DNA of 64,000 nucleotides from assembly GCF_006345805.1 (NCBI RefSeq), contig NC_043003.1, forward strand, positions 34,286,001 through 34,350,000. The letters run 5' to 3'. The translations under genes were made by a program, and so were the position numbers. The stretch comes from Octopus sinensis. Its lineage: Eukaryota. The notes beneath the pieces are model-generated. The model was not told where the DNA came from and made no database searches. It saw only the letters and a list, made by a program, of their open reading frames with translations. Positions 42,424 to 55,210 of this stretch are shown in pieces; the stretch's first letter is position 1, and every line of letters starts with the position of its first letter.

Positions 42424-43416
42424 GGATGGATGGATGGATGGATGGATGGATAGATGGATGGATGGATGGATGGATGGATGGATGGATGAATGGATGGATG
42501 GATGGATGGATGGATGGATGGATGGACGGACAAACAGGCAAGCAGGCAAGCAGGCAAGCAAACAGACGTACTGATAGATCGATAGAGCGGATGGAAGGAA
42601 GACTGAAAGAGGGGAAGATTCAGTGTTTGAAGGGGAAGATATAAAGACTAGTTTCGCAAGTTGTTGTAGTTTAGCCCGACGTCAGCATTCACTCAGCTTA
42701 TCTTTGATCAAAGGCCGTTACAGTATAAACCATATCGTCTTTTTTTTCTGTTCGTGTGCAAAATATATCTAGGATATCAAACATGTCCAGCATTTTCTAA
42801 GAAGTTAAAGTTTTAATTTAACGGAAATTTGGCAGCTACTGCCATCTCGAACGACCACGTAGAAAACCATCCTTGCTTGTGGATGTAAGGAGACATTTGT
42901 AGTAGATAATCTAAGGATTGGTAGCAGGATAACCAAATACATATAGAGATATAGACACGTTGATAAGTCAGATAAGGATCTCGAGCCAACAACGTGACCG
43001 CTACATTGTCGTTTTATTTGCTAAAGTTAACGACTAACTTTCCACCACGTTTGATTCTACCGTCTTATATAAAGGAAGAAACACTAGAATAGATAGTCTT
43101 AGGTATGCGATTGTTTCCCACCTCCGACAACAATAACAAATAATGCTTAATACATACACATACATACGCTTGCACTTACACACACACACACATACACACG
43201 TACGTACACACAAGCACAAACACACATGCACAGAAACACACCATATACAATTGCATACTTATATTCAAATTTCGCTGAGGTTGACTTTGTATTTCATTCT
43301 TTCTGGATCAATAAAATAAGTACCAGCTGAGCACTGAGGTCGATGGAATTGTTTACTTCCTTCCCTGTAATTAATGGCCTTGTACCAAAATTTGAAAGCA
43401 ATATATAACAACATTA

Positions 43417-43740
43417 GGGCGACGAGCTGGCAGAAACGTTAGCACGCCGGGCGAAATGCTTAGCGGTATTTCATCTGCCGTTACGTTCTGAGTTCAAATT
43501 CCGCCGAGGTCGACTTTGCCTTTCATCCTTTCGGGGTCGATTAAATAAGTACCAGTTACGCACTGGGTCGATATAATCGACTTAATCCGTTTGTCTGTCC
43601 TTGTTTGTCCTCTCTGTGTTTAGGCCCTTGTGGGTAGTAAAGAAATAGGTATTTCATCTGTATAGCTGAGTTCAAATTCAGCAGAGGTCGACTTTGCCCT
43701 TCATTCTTTCGGAAGTTGATAAATGCAATCGACTTATTCA
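43417..43740 (+). mobile_element. Same SINE family: full head/body/LINE-like tail followed by a partial second body
   Basis: GGCGACGAGCTGGCAGAAACG...GGCCCTTGTGGGTAGTAAAGAAATA, then GGTATTTCATCTG...GAGTTCAAATTC again. An older partial copy lies just upstream at 43265-43405. Confidence 0.85.
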
Positions 43741-44227
43741 CATCCTCAACATTGTTGGCCTTGTGTCAAAATTTGAAACCAATATACAACCACATAGATG
43801 GAAGTTATGATCTTATTCCTATCAATAAGATTAAAATGTCCAACTGCAAAATTTCAAGGTGGGCGAAGTTAATCGACGACATCATGGTACGTTCAGTTTT
43901 ATTTGAGCACTTTGAGACGTACTGCGAGATTTAAAGTGTGTCTAATGAAATTCGTATGTTGTATTGTTGTGTTTCACTTACTGTGGTATATGTGTTGAGA
44001 GTGAAAACTTGGTGAGGACGGAGAAGAAGGAGAAGGAGTAAAGGGAAAGAGTTGTTTATGAGAGTCAAAGTTCAAAAGTTATTAGCTACCTCACGAGAAC
44101 TCTTATAATGGTTATAAATTTGTTCAGTTTATCAAAGTAATCAGATAAAGGGCACATTTTACCGTTATTACCACTCCAAACATTCTCTGTAATGGCATCG
44201 AGTATGTCTGTTAGAATATGTATGTGA

Positions 44228-44302
<75 letters not shown>

Positions 44303-47300
44303 CGTGCGTGTGTGTGTGTGAGCAAGTACGTGTTTATGAGTTTGTTTATGCGTACGTGATGCTTGCAAAAACGTGCAGCATAGCTCAGCCAGTTCTTTGT
44401 CCAAATCTCAGTTGATATTAAATATGATTTATGATGAATATCTAAACGGCTTTCCCTTCGCCATATCTTCCACCTAACCGGCAGCCAACTAAACATCTAT
44501 CTACATCCAGACCAACATTGTATTGCTATGTACTGATAGCTATGTACTAATAAGAACAATTTAGTAGCAGCGGTTGGCAGAAAAAGAAAATAATAAAAAA
44601 ACTATATATCTAATTTGCTTACCTTACCAGTTTTACAGTCGACTAAGTATTATTCTGATGTTATTAGCCCCGAGAGAAGATGCATTGAAACAACGTATGA
44701 TGCAAAGTCCCGCATAAGAGGAATGGGAAATAGACGTGGTTTCTGTCCAACAGAGTAAAGGTGTTTGTGAAACGTAAATATAATCACTATAAAGATTTGA
44801 TGTCATGAAGATAATGGGAAGCCTAGCTGGATAGATATTGTTATCAAGAAGAATAGCGGCTGCGTGGTTGCCATTTTAACTTTAGTGGCTACAAAAATGT
44901 AATCCACAATGGAATGACTTAAGCTCAATCCTAACTGGCAACTCAAGGTGAATTACATTTATTTGTCTGATAGCAAAACGAAATCTTGCCTGATGCTATA
45001 AAAGTACCACACCGGATTAATTCGATTCTAGAATATTAGAAAAATATCCAATTTAGACATGCACTATGTAGTTAAGAATTTCGTATCGCTTCTACGTGGT
45101 TCCTGGTTCAATTTCAATACGCGGCATCTTGCACAAATGTCTTCTCCACTGCCTCGTGTTGGCCAATAATTTGTGAGTGAAATTTTGTGTTTATGTATGT
45201 GTTGGCTAGTTTCGAAACGGGTGGAATGTTTTTTTTTTTTTTTCAAGCTAAAAGATAACTTAGGAATTCCATACAATAGACATCGGTCAATTAATATGAC
45301 TCAAAATAAGTTCTGCAATCGATATGATAAACGAAAAACCTTTGGGGCAGTGCCTAAAACAATGAAGGAATAAACAAGAATGGTAGGTTGCAACAAACTA
45401 AATTGTGAGACTGTCAGACAAACTAATGGAAGGGTTCCAAATTCATATCACCTCGTAGAAGCTAAGCAATGTATATAATCTTTATAGTGAAAGGTTCATT
45501 TCAGTTTGCAAGAGGAGAACTGCTTTTATGAGAAGTTTTCTTTAAGCATGTAATGTTTGGAATTTCTAGATGCAAAGTGAAAAAGAAACAAGAAAAGGAG
45601 AACAGAGATCCAAACATGCTATGTACCTCGTTATTGTTTAGTTTGTGGCTCAGACTTGATCAACCAAATTTAGGATAAACTATGTGAGCATCTTTTCGTA
45701 CATCAAGAACTAGATTTCTTTTTTAAGATAGTATTCTTTTAATTTGAGGGAAATCAGGTTGCTGTTTCTAACAACTCAGGCAACCATGTTGAGGTACCGT
45801 CGTTGGTTCCAGCAGTATTATGTTGTCAGTTATGACATCTTTTAGAACGCCGTAGATGGCAATCGCAATCGGTCACCCACCTGTAATATCCCTACCTGCT
45901 CTCAACAGACTTTAGCACTCAGGAGATTGGTCTACAATTGGTAGACTGATCTTGTTACTCCATTTCACGCCATTGCATGGACCTTGGATGTTTTTTGCTG
46001 AGTCCACTGGAGCAGAACATTTAATCCTTCATCTAGTTTTATACCACCACTTAACCTTTCAGTAACTTTAACAGAGCCTAAAGTGATTTTGAAAATTCGA
46101 GTCAAGTGTCTGACCCAAGAATAACTTCCTCTCACCATCTCGGAGGCCCTGAAAAGATATTTTGAGGGCTCTAATCTCCTCAACCTGGTGATACCATAAA
46201 AATATATATATAAACAGAAAATACGAGCTAATAGGTTTTAGTTTCACTTCACTGCTAAAAAAGAGACAACACAACTTTCTATTTCAGCAGCTCTGTATTC
46301 TGTTATATAATACTTAGTTTCATAATTCTAAAGGATCTTTGAGATTAAGAAGTAGCTTCGTTCGTTCAAGACCAGAGTATCTGACAGATAACCTTATCCA
46401 GATAGCATTCAGACATTGCAACGAACATGGTCTGTAATGTTAGGATGAGAAATTATAATCCTTGAACATTATGAAAGAGTCGGTTACAATGATGTACAAC
46501 ACTATTCTCTTATTTTATTATTTGTTAAGGTTATTTCTACAGATCGTCCATAGAAATTATAGCCAGCACTAATTTTTGCTATTGTGTTTCGTATTCGAGA
46601 CGTAAGATGTAAACAAACAGTAAGATTGAAAATGAAAAGTGGGTAATGAATCTATACGCCATATTTCAGTGGGTTTCGCCCCTTCATCGGCACCTATCTA
46701 ACCCATTAATCATCTTCGAACACATTGCTTAAATAGCTACTTCACATAGCAGTGTAAATTATTGGATATACCAATTTACATATTAAACGCATTCCTGGAA
46801 GTATTGTTATTCTAATATTTTAATACTCTCTTACAGGTTTCGGTCAGAGATTTGGGCCATACTAGGACGACGCCATTTAGCACAAATGCTTGTATATTTT
46901 AGTCTCCATTTACGGTTCTGTCTCCAGGATCTGTCCCGAGGAAGTTGTGAGTTAAACAGAACTGCCTTCTTTTTGGGGTTTCTTGCTCTGATGTGGGTTC
47001 ATCTGGTATATCACATAAAAATATTGTCTGTCTTTTTCTTAATATTTCCACATCCACACCTCGTAGATACCTGAGGCCCTTTGACAACATAATGAGAAAT
47101 TCTCTTTTTTTTTATGTTTTTATTTTCCTTTTCCATTTCGACTTTCACTCATTCTCCCCTTATTCCCTCTCTTTTCCTTCTCTCTCTCTCACTCTCTCTC
47201 TTTATCTCTCTTGACAACCACACTGTAAAGTTGACTAGTCATCAATAGCTTGTTATGCTAAGGCCATGTCATCATGTGTACCTGCAGGACACAATCAGTA

Positions 47301-47713
47301 AGTACTCTTGTTTGATACCAATTGGTTTTTATTTTTGTTTGTTTTGTTTCCTTTATCCCTCCTTTCATTATCTTTCTCTAATTTTCTTTCCTACTCTTTC
47401 CTCCTCTCCTTTCTCCTCCTTCTCCCCTACTTCCTTCTTTTCATATGTAATAAATAAATTTATTTCTTCATCCGCATGATTGTCAACTTATCTCACTTTC
47501 ACTTATTTTCTCTTCTCCTCTCTCTCTCTTCTTCTTCTTCTTCTTCTTCTTCTTCTTCTTCTCACCTATCTCCTCTCCCTCTCCCTTTCTCTCCCTTCTG
47601 GTACATATGAATTAATTGCCTCTACTTACAACCATGTAAATATATGTATATGTGTGTGTGAATATTTATATATATATACATGTGTGTGTGTGTGTGTATC
47701 TATCTATCTATCT

Positions 47714-47763
<50 letters not shown>

Positions 47764-47795
47764 ATGTATATATATATATATATATATACACATGC

Positions 47796-47841
<46 letters not shown>

Positions 47842-47850
47842 TATATTATA

Positions 47851-47883
<33 letters not shown>

Positions 47884-48125
47884 AATGCGTGTATGCGTGC
47901 ATGCATGTATGTATACACACACAGAGATATACGCACATACAAACACACACACATAAACATACTCAACAATAACCAATGAAATGATGCGATGTTTTGTCTT
48001 CTGCTTTAATGAACTCTTATTTGTTTATTTCGTTGTTTATCTTCCGCATTGTAGTAACCACCATGATAGAAGCTTCACTGAAGTTGTCCATCTTATTAAT
48101 TAATTTGTTGTTGATGTTGTCGTCA

Positions 48126-48157
<32 letters not shown>

Positions 48158-48306
48158 GTCAGAGGTGGTAGGGGGCGTTGTTGTTGTTAGAATTGTTATT
48201 GCTAGTATTGTTACTGTTGATGGTATTAGTTTTGGGGGTTATTTCTCTGCTATTTTTATTGTTGTTGTTGTTGTTGTTGCTGCTGCTGCTGTTGTTGTTG
48301 TTTTTG

Positions 48307-48338
<32 letters not shown>

Positions 48339-48699
48339 GGTGGTGGTGGTGTTGGTGGTAGCATTGCTGTTGTTGTTTCTGTTTCTGTGTGTATTGCTGT
48401 TTCTACCATTGTTGTTGTTGATGATATTGGCGTCAGATTGGTCGCTGCTGGCGTTGCTACTGCTTTTGCTAGAGTTCTTTCTGCTCTTTGCTTTGCTGTG
48501 GTTTGTGGTGTAGTGTAGTTTTAGGTCCAGGTCAACCCCAATCAAGCAGACAGACGCATAATCAAATACATTCAAGCTGTGACCATCCCGCCATTTTCCT
48601 AAAGAGCAGGGAACACAAGACCATATTTTTCAGTGCTTTTCTGAAATTTGGCTGTTAATTTTAGCAGGTCATGCGTCCATATATGTTCCCTCATTGCCT

Positions 48700-49160
48700 C
48701 AATTGTTGTTGCTGCTGCTGTTACTCTTCTTCTTCTTCTTCTCTTCTTTTTCTTTTCTTCTTCTTCTTCTTCTTTTTTTTTTTCTTCATCTTCTTCTTCT
48801 TCTTCTTCTTCTTTTTCTTTTTTCTTCATCTTCTTTTTTTCTGTTCTTCATCTCCTCATTTTTGTTCTTCTTCTCACCTTCTTCTTCCCCTTCTTCTTCC
48901 CCTTCTTCTTTTTCTTCATCTTCATCTCTCTCTTCTTTTTCTTCATCTTCTTCTCTCTCTTCTTCTTCTTTTTCTACTTCTTCCCCTTCTTCTTTTTCTT
49001 CATCTTCTTCTCTCTCTTCTTCTTCTTTTTCTACTTCTTCCCCTTCTTCTTTTCTTCTTCTTCTTCTTCTTCTTCTTCTTCTTCTTCTTCTTCTTCTTCT
49101 TCTTCTTCTTCCCCTTCTTCTCCCCTTCTTCTTCTTCTTCTTCCTTCTTCTTCTTGGCGG
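48700..49160. repeat. (TTC)n-based pyrimidine tract with internal block duplications
   Basis: Read directly. TTCTTCATCTTCTTCTCTCTCTTCTTCTTCTTTTTCTACTTCTTCCCC occurs twice. Confidence 0.9.
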
Positions 49161-49714
49161 TGGTGGGGCTGGTAGCATTGGGGAGGGGGTAACGGTGCTG
49201 TTAGCGTTACTAATATTCAATGTCGGCAGTGATGGTTGATCTGGTGTTGTAAGTTTTGTTGTTGCTGTTATTGCAACTATTGCTGTCGATGTTCTTGTTT
49301 CTGTTACTACTATAACTGCTATTACTGTCGTTGTTAATGCTACTGCTAGTGTTTCGTTCATGCTATGCGTAGATGTAAGATGGAATATTGCTGTAAGGGA
49401 CAGTGCATGGAACTGTTACAACGCATCTGCAATATAAAGTTTGTGCAGAATTTTGTCATGTACAACTTAATGTATTTTGATGTTATTGTTGCTGAGTATT
49501 GCTGTTTTATTCATTTATTTATTTATTTATTTATTTATTTTGGTTGTTGTTCGAAACTATAGCGCTTTTATTTTGTCATCTGTAAACACATAAGTTTCGA
49601 TTTTGTTTTTGGTACAACTACTACCATTCTTAGTATTACTACGATTACAATAGCAACTCCTCCTATCCTCCTCCCCTAATGATGATGATGATAATGAATA
49701 AGAATAGTGGTTTC

Positions 49715-49897
49715 AAATTTTGCCACAAAGATAGCCATTTTGGGGGAGGTGTTCAATTGGTACTTAACTTATCGACCCCGAAAGGATGAAAGGCAAAGTT
49801 AATCACGATGGTATTTGAACGCAGAACGTAAAAATCAGGAAGAAATTCCACTAGGTATTTTGTCCAATATGCTAACGATTCTACCAACTCGCCACCT
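49715..49897 (-). mobile_element. Diverged Meta-like SINE
   Basis: ATCGACCCCGAAAGGATGAAAGGCAAAG...TTGAACGCAGAACG...GCTAACGATTCTACCAACTCGCCACC. Confidence 0.75.
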
Positions 49898-50439
49898 TAA
49901 TGATTTCAGATTTTTGTGCAAGACCAGCATTTTTGAGGAGAGTGCGTTGGTTGATGCAATCAGCCCTCGCAAGATTTGAACCCAAAACGCTAAGAGCCAG
50001 AACAAATGTCGGCTATAAGCACATGTACGCGCACTTATAATCAGAAACGCACGCAGGCACACACATATGGACACACACTGATATTTATGCTTGTGTGCAT
50101 AGCATCTTGAAAAACGGTCGATTTCCATTGACTCGGGTGATCTGTCAATGTAATATATGTACGTCTATTTCTTGTACAATAAGTTTTCTTGCATATAAAT
50201 ACTATTAACATCTTCAAATCTTTATTTTATTTTACTTTTCATCTTAGCATTTTACTGTGAGGTGTGTCAAGGCATTCTACTAATTGATTAAACCCGTCTT
50301 ACGAAAGGAAACTCTTTGCAGCACCATATTGTGGGGAGTGTTTAACAAATTGCGATACAAGGAATGTATACACACACACACACACGGGTGTATATTTATG
50401 TATATATCCACACACACACACACACACACACACACACCA

Positions 50440-50469
<30 letters not shown>

Positions 50470-50470
<1 letters not shown>

Positions 50471-50632
50471 AACATTATTGGTGAATTGAAGAAATGGAGC
50501 TGAACGCAGATTGAACAGAAATCGTTTTATTTCATTCTACACGTGTTTCGAAAGGCACGTGTAGAATGAAATAAAACGATTTTCTGTTCAATCTGCGTTC
50601 AGCTCCATTTCTTCAATTCACCAATAATGTTT
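50470..50632. repeat. Near-perfect inverted repeat: 76/77-bp arms, 10-nt loop
   Basis: 50470-50545 is the reverse complement of 50556-50632 except for one extra T. The loop is TTTCGAAAGG. Confidence 0.95.
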
Positions 50633-50787
50633 TAATTTCAATTATCCGCACCAACGCACGGTTGCAACGCCAGATGGTTGTACCTCCAACCGTGCTGTTT
50701 ACTGCTGTGATTTTGCTACTAAGGTATCGTAACTTTTGATTAATCTACAACAAGATTATTCATCTTTCATTTCACATAATTATATAT

Positions 50788-50834
<47 letters not shown>

Positions 50835-52092
50835 TAAGAACAAATATATATACGTGTTTATATTTACACCTGTAACGGTGAAACGATTGTTGTCTGTTCT
50901 TAGCTTTGTTTTAATCATACTGTCTTTTTACAAATACTACTCTTTGAATCCCTGTAATACTAATTCATTGAAAACTGACAAGTCCTGAACTAATTCCATA
51001 GCTCTTACGCTAGCACAGCCAACTGCAATGTACAACGCCACACTGCACTGAACATATTAAAGTAATATTATTGGACAACAGGTATGTACTCTACAGAATT
51101 TATCATAGAAAGCTGGTGATTAATGATTAATGATGGAAACAAAAGCTATAATGAAATTCAAATGTTAAAATACACAAATATAGACGCAGTTGTGGTGGTA
51201 AGTAGCTTGCTTACCAACCACATGGTTCCGGGTTCAGGCCCACTGAATACCTAGCTTAGATATTTTAATTCGAAAAAAATCTCAGGTATCAAACACCTTC
51301 CATAAAGCCCCCTTTATATTTAGCGCCTTTACTTAATAGCTTAATCCCACACCACAAGAAAGCTGTATAGCCCAAGTTCAGCACCAATGATCAGCACAAA
51401 GTACATAGGCCCCGATGGCGATACGGAAGCAACAACACAAAGCAATATCACTAAAGCTGAGACGCAGGGAAGGGCTAAATGATGGTTTAAGTACGTTGGC
51501 GTACAAGATTTGTACGAAAATAAGAATTCTTGATAAGAACCACTGCACTAGAAGATAGTCTTTTTCCGTTTTTTCTTTCTTGCTTTATTTATTCACTACC
51601 TTTTTTTTTTTTGTTCTTGAAAATATAACTTGCTAAGCTGTCCATATATACGTGCGTATGTAAATGTGTATATGAGATGACGGAGAGAGAGAGAGTGCGT
51701 GGGTGAGACAGAGAGAGGGGTGGAGTGAGAAAATGGCAGTGTGTGTGTTTGTGTGTATGTGTGTGCGGGCGTGTGTGTGTGTTTGTGTGCAGGTATATGT
51801 GCGTGCACGTTGTTGCGTACTCATTTTGAGCAGCAAATCAATAGGTTGGGTTCAGATTGTATATTTTGTTGGTGTGTGTCTTTATTAGCGACATACCTTA
51901 AATAAATTAGGAAATGTTATGACAAAAGTAGTATATGTACATACGAACAAAATAAATCATATAGATAAATATATATATATATATAATATTATATATATAA
52001 TATAGTATATAATATATAATATAGTAGTATAAAACTATATACATATATATGTACACACATATACATACATACATACATATATATGTTTATTT

Positions 52093-52132
<40 letters not shown>

Positions 52133-52301
52133 TATATACACATATACACTTTCCAAATTTATGCATATGTTATTTTCTATTTGATTCCTTCATTTATACC
52201 TTTGAGGTGTGTCTCGGTATTTTACTAATTGATTAAACCCCTCTTTCGAAAGAAAAGTCCTTGTAGCACCTTGTTAATTGTGCAGAGAGTTTAGTAAATT
52301 G

Positions 52302-52334
<33 letters not shown>

Positions 52335-52989
52335 TATACACACACAATGTATGTATGGGTCAAAAGTGTATGTATGTATGATGTGAGTATATGTATAATA
52401 ATATATATATATATATACTATATATATATATATATATATAAGCATATTTATATGTTTGTATGTATCTGCATATGTATGTATATATGTATACTGATGTATA
52501 CATATGTAGCGAGAGAGAAAGAGAGAGAGGGTGATATATAGAGGTAACGATAACTAACTAGGCAGATGTGTGTGTGTGCGTGGTATATATATATATATAT
52601 ACACATACATATTCGCATATAAATATATACAAGTATTGCATCTGTATATACTTACCAAATAAACAAACATGTACCACAAACAACTATAACTACACACCTC
52701 AGGAGGTACATCAGTAGGGGTTTGTTATTGTGGGTTTATGTTTGATTTCATCATTGAATATAATGGGGAATAACATACACATTTGAAAACTGTACTTATA
52801 TGTATGTATGGCGAACACACACACACACACACACACACACAACACACACACACACACACATACACACACACACACAGCATGTGTGCACGTGTTTTTGTGT
52901 GGTAGTGTATACTCATATATATATATATATATACACTTACACACATACATACATAAGTACAGACGGACGGAGGGGCAGACAGACAAACA

Positions 52990-52992
52990 GGC

Positions 52993-53066
<74 letters not shown>

Positions 53067-53079
53067 GTAGATAGGTAGG

Positions 53080-53130
<51 letters not shown>

Positions 53131-53156
53131 TAGATAATAGATAGATAGATAGATAT
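52990..53156. repeat. (GATA)n tract abutting the LINE 3' end; a matching tract at 55060-55083 abuts its 5' end
   Basis: Read directly from the sequence. Confidence 0.92.
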
Positions 53157-53332
53157 GTTTCTTATTAGCCACACAGGGCTGCACACAGATAGACAAATAC
53201 AAGGTAGAGTTTCTTTTGAAGGTATTAAAAAAAAAAAACAAAAAAAAAAAAAAAAAAAAAAGAAAAAAAAATAGGAGGGGGAGGTTCGATCAAAAGGGAT
53301 CGTAAAGGAGAGAAAGGGACAAAAAAAAGGGG

Positions 53333-53367
<35 letters not shown>

Positions 53368-55059
53368 GGAGAGGAAAAAAAAAAAAAAAAAAAAAAAATG
53401 ATCAATAGGGATCGTTATCACAGAAATGTCAATATGAAGTGTAAAGGGGAGGACAGGTGAGGTTTACCCGTGGAAAGAAAAGCCTACGGAAAAGACACGG
53501 TAACCTCGGTCAATGAAGTCACATTTTATATTCTTTTTTTTTTTTTTTTTTTTTTTGCAAATAAGTAACTCTGTTTTCGATTTCTGGGTTCATAGGACTA
53601 TGCTCAAGGTGGCTTCGTCATTCATACGTGCCATTCTTGCAACATTCACCCATTTTTTTAAAACATTCGCCTAGACAAAACTTGCCTCTCTACTCTCACT
53701 TTCCTTTTCAAGTGGTACTTGAAGAAGTTGATGAGAGATTGACCAGAGAGGAAAGTGTTTGTCTCCAATCCTTTCAGACGCGTCCACCAGATACATTCTT
53801 TCGCCATAGCCACAAGGATGATGAAAATAGCTCTTCCTTCCCGTTTGAAGGAAGGAGGCGTGACAATATTGACGATAGACTCAGCTGATAAACCGACTCG
53901 TCCCCACACGTGACAGCAGTTGTTCGACATAAGCCCACAGGTCGGAAATGGTTGGACACTGAACGAGTGCGTGCAGAACGGTTTCGTCGCTTCTGACCGC
54001 ATCTCGGGCAGGTCGGCCCCGTGTTTCTCGAGCCGTGTCTGTAGAGCTTATCCCGACGGTAGCGCTTCTCGGTAGCACTGCCAGGCCAGGGATCTCTGGA
54101 AGTTGTCCATGGGCCCTGGCCCGAAAGTCGTCCCGAACAGGCGGGTCAGGTACTCCTCGTCGACGTCCAGGTTCGCCCCGAGCTCGTCGTCGTACCTCCC
54201 CCCTCACTAAACCCCTATAGAATGCTTTGGTTGTGTTGAAGTCACTTAAGGTCGACCCAGGACGGCAGACTTGCTTGAGAGCAACGCGACACTCGCGGTG
54301 CCATTCGCCCTTCCTCGGCCTCTTTTTGATCCACGACTGCAGTTCGGTCATGGAGACGAGCTGCGGGAAAGCGTGCCTACACAAACGGCGACCACACCTG
54401 TTCACCGTCGTCTACATAGAGCCAGAGATGTCGCAGTCTCTCGCGCGTGTCTGCGCATCATCACCACGGCATGCCCAGCCCTCTTTTAACGGGTGTTGAC
54501 AGCAAATGGATCGCCTGACCATCGGGACGCATCCCTTTCCACAAGAAGCGAAAGAGGATGCGTTGTAGTTTGGTGATGGTAGGGTCGGGACAAGGTAGAC
54601 GGTCAGGCGGTAGTAGATGACGGACGCGATGTACGTGTTGCCACACTCCGCTCGACCTTTTAGGGACAGTTTTCCTCTCGCCCATTGCCGGGCGAGAGTC
54701 ACCACCCTACTCGTTATCTCGTTCCAGTTCTTCTCCACTTGGAGGTCCGGACCAAACCAGACCCCGAGCAACTCAACCGGGCCGTCGGTCCAGCGTCCCA
54801 CGACGGAGGCGCTGGGGACGGCATGGGCTTGCTTCTCCAGGTGCCTAGTCGCAAGCCCACTGACTTTTCCGGGTTGATTTTCGCTCCTGTCACCGCTTCG
54901 TAGTTTTTTCAGTGTCTCGCCGACCAGCTCGATGTGCTCGTGGCTAGACACTATGACGGTGACGTCGTCCGCGTATGCAGAACGCTCGTCCCGCATCCCA
55001 ATTCTCGCGGGATGCCCTTCTTAGAGTCGCCAGCTTCCGCAGTAGTGGCTCAAGAGTCA

Positions 55060-55060
<1 letters not shown>
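53157..55060 (-). mobile_element. 5'-truncated L1/Tx1-clade LINE: RT C-terminal part, cysteine-rich tail, 3'UTR
   Basis: GC/CpG-rich island. Frameshifted reading gives LTLEPLLRKL...SAYADDVTVIVS...ELLGVWFGPDLQ...KLSLKGRA..NTYIASVIYYRLTV...LFRFLWKG...GGLGMP-like...DETVLHALVQCPTISDLWAYVE...WVNVARMARMNDEATLSIVL* (stop at 53590-53592). A 3'UTR follows, ending GCCCTGTGTGGCTAATAAGAAAC. Confidence 0.9.
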
Positions 55061-55103
<43 letters not shown>

Positions 55104-55210
55104 GCGTGGGGAGATAATGCAGTTATTTGTAAGTTCAGTTGCTTAGTGATGGCAGGTTTTCCGAAAGATGAACTACTGAATTCTACAGCAGTCCAAGCCC
55201 AATAACTTAA

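Noticed and set aside
46899-47090. Complex-looking ORF (…DIPDEPTSEQETPKRRQ…) on the NOL4 strand as a possible exon
   Set aside because: The acceptor lacks a pyrimidine tract, the donor (gtaaat) is weak and I recognise no homology.
48786-49361. 191-aa T/P-rich then R/E/K-rich ORF on the NOL4 strand
   Set aside because: The charged part is the reverse of a (TTC)n tract, it ends in a stop, I found no in-frame donor, and it has no NOL4 similarity.
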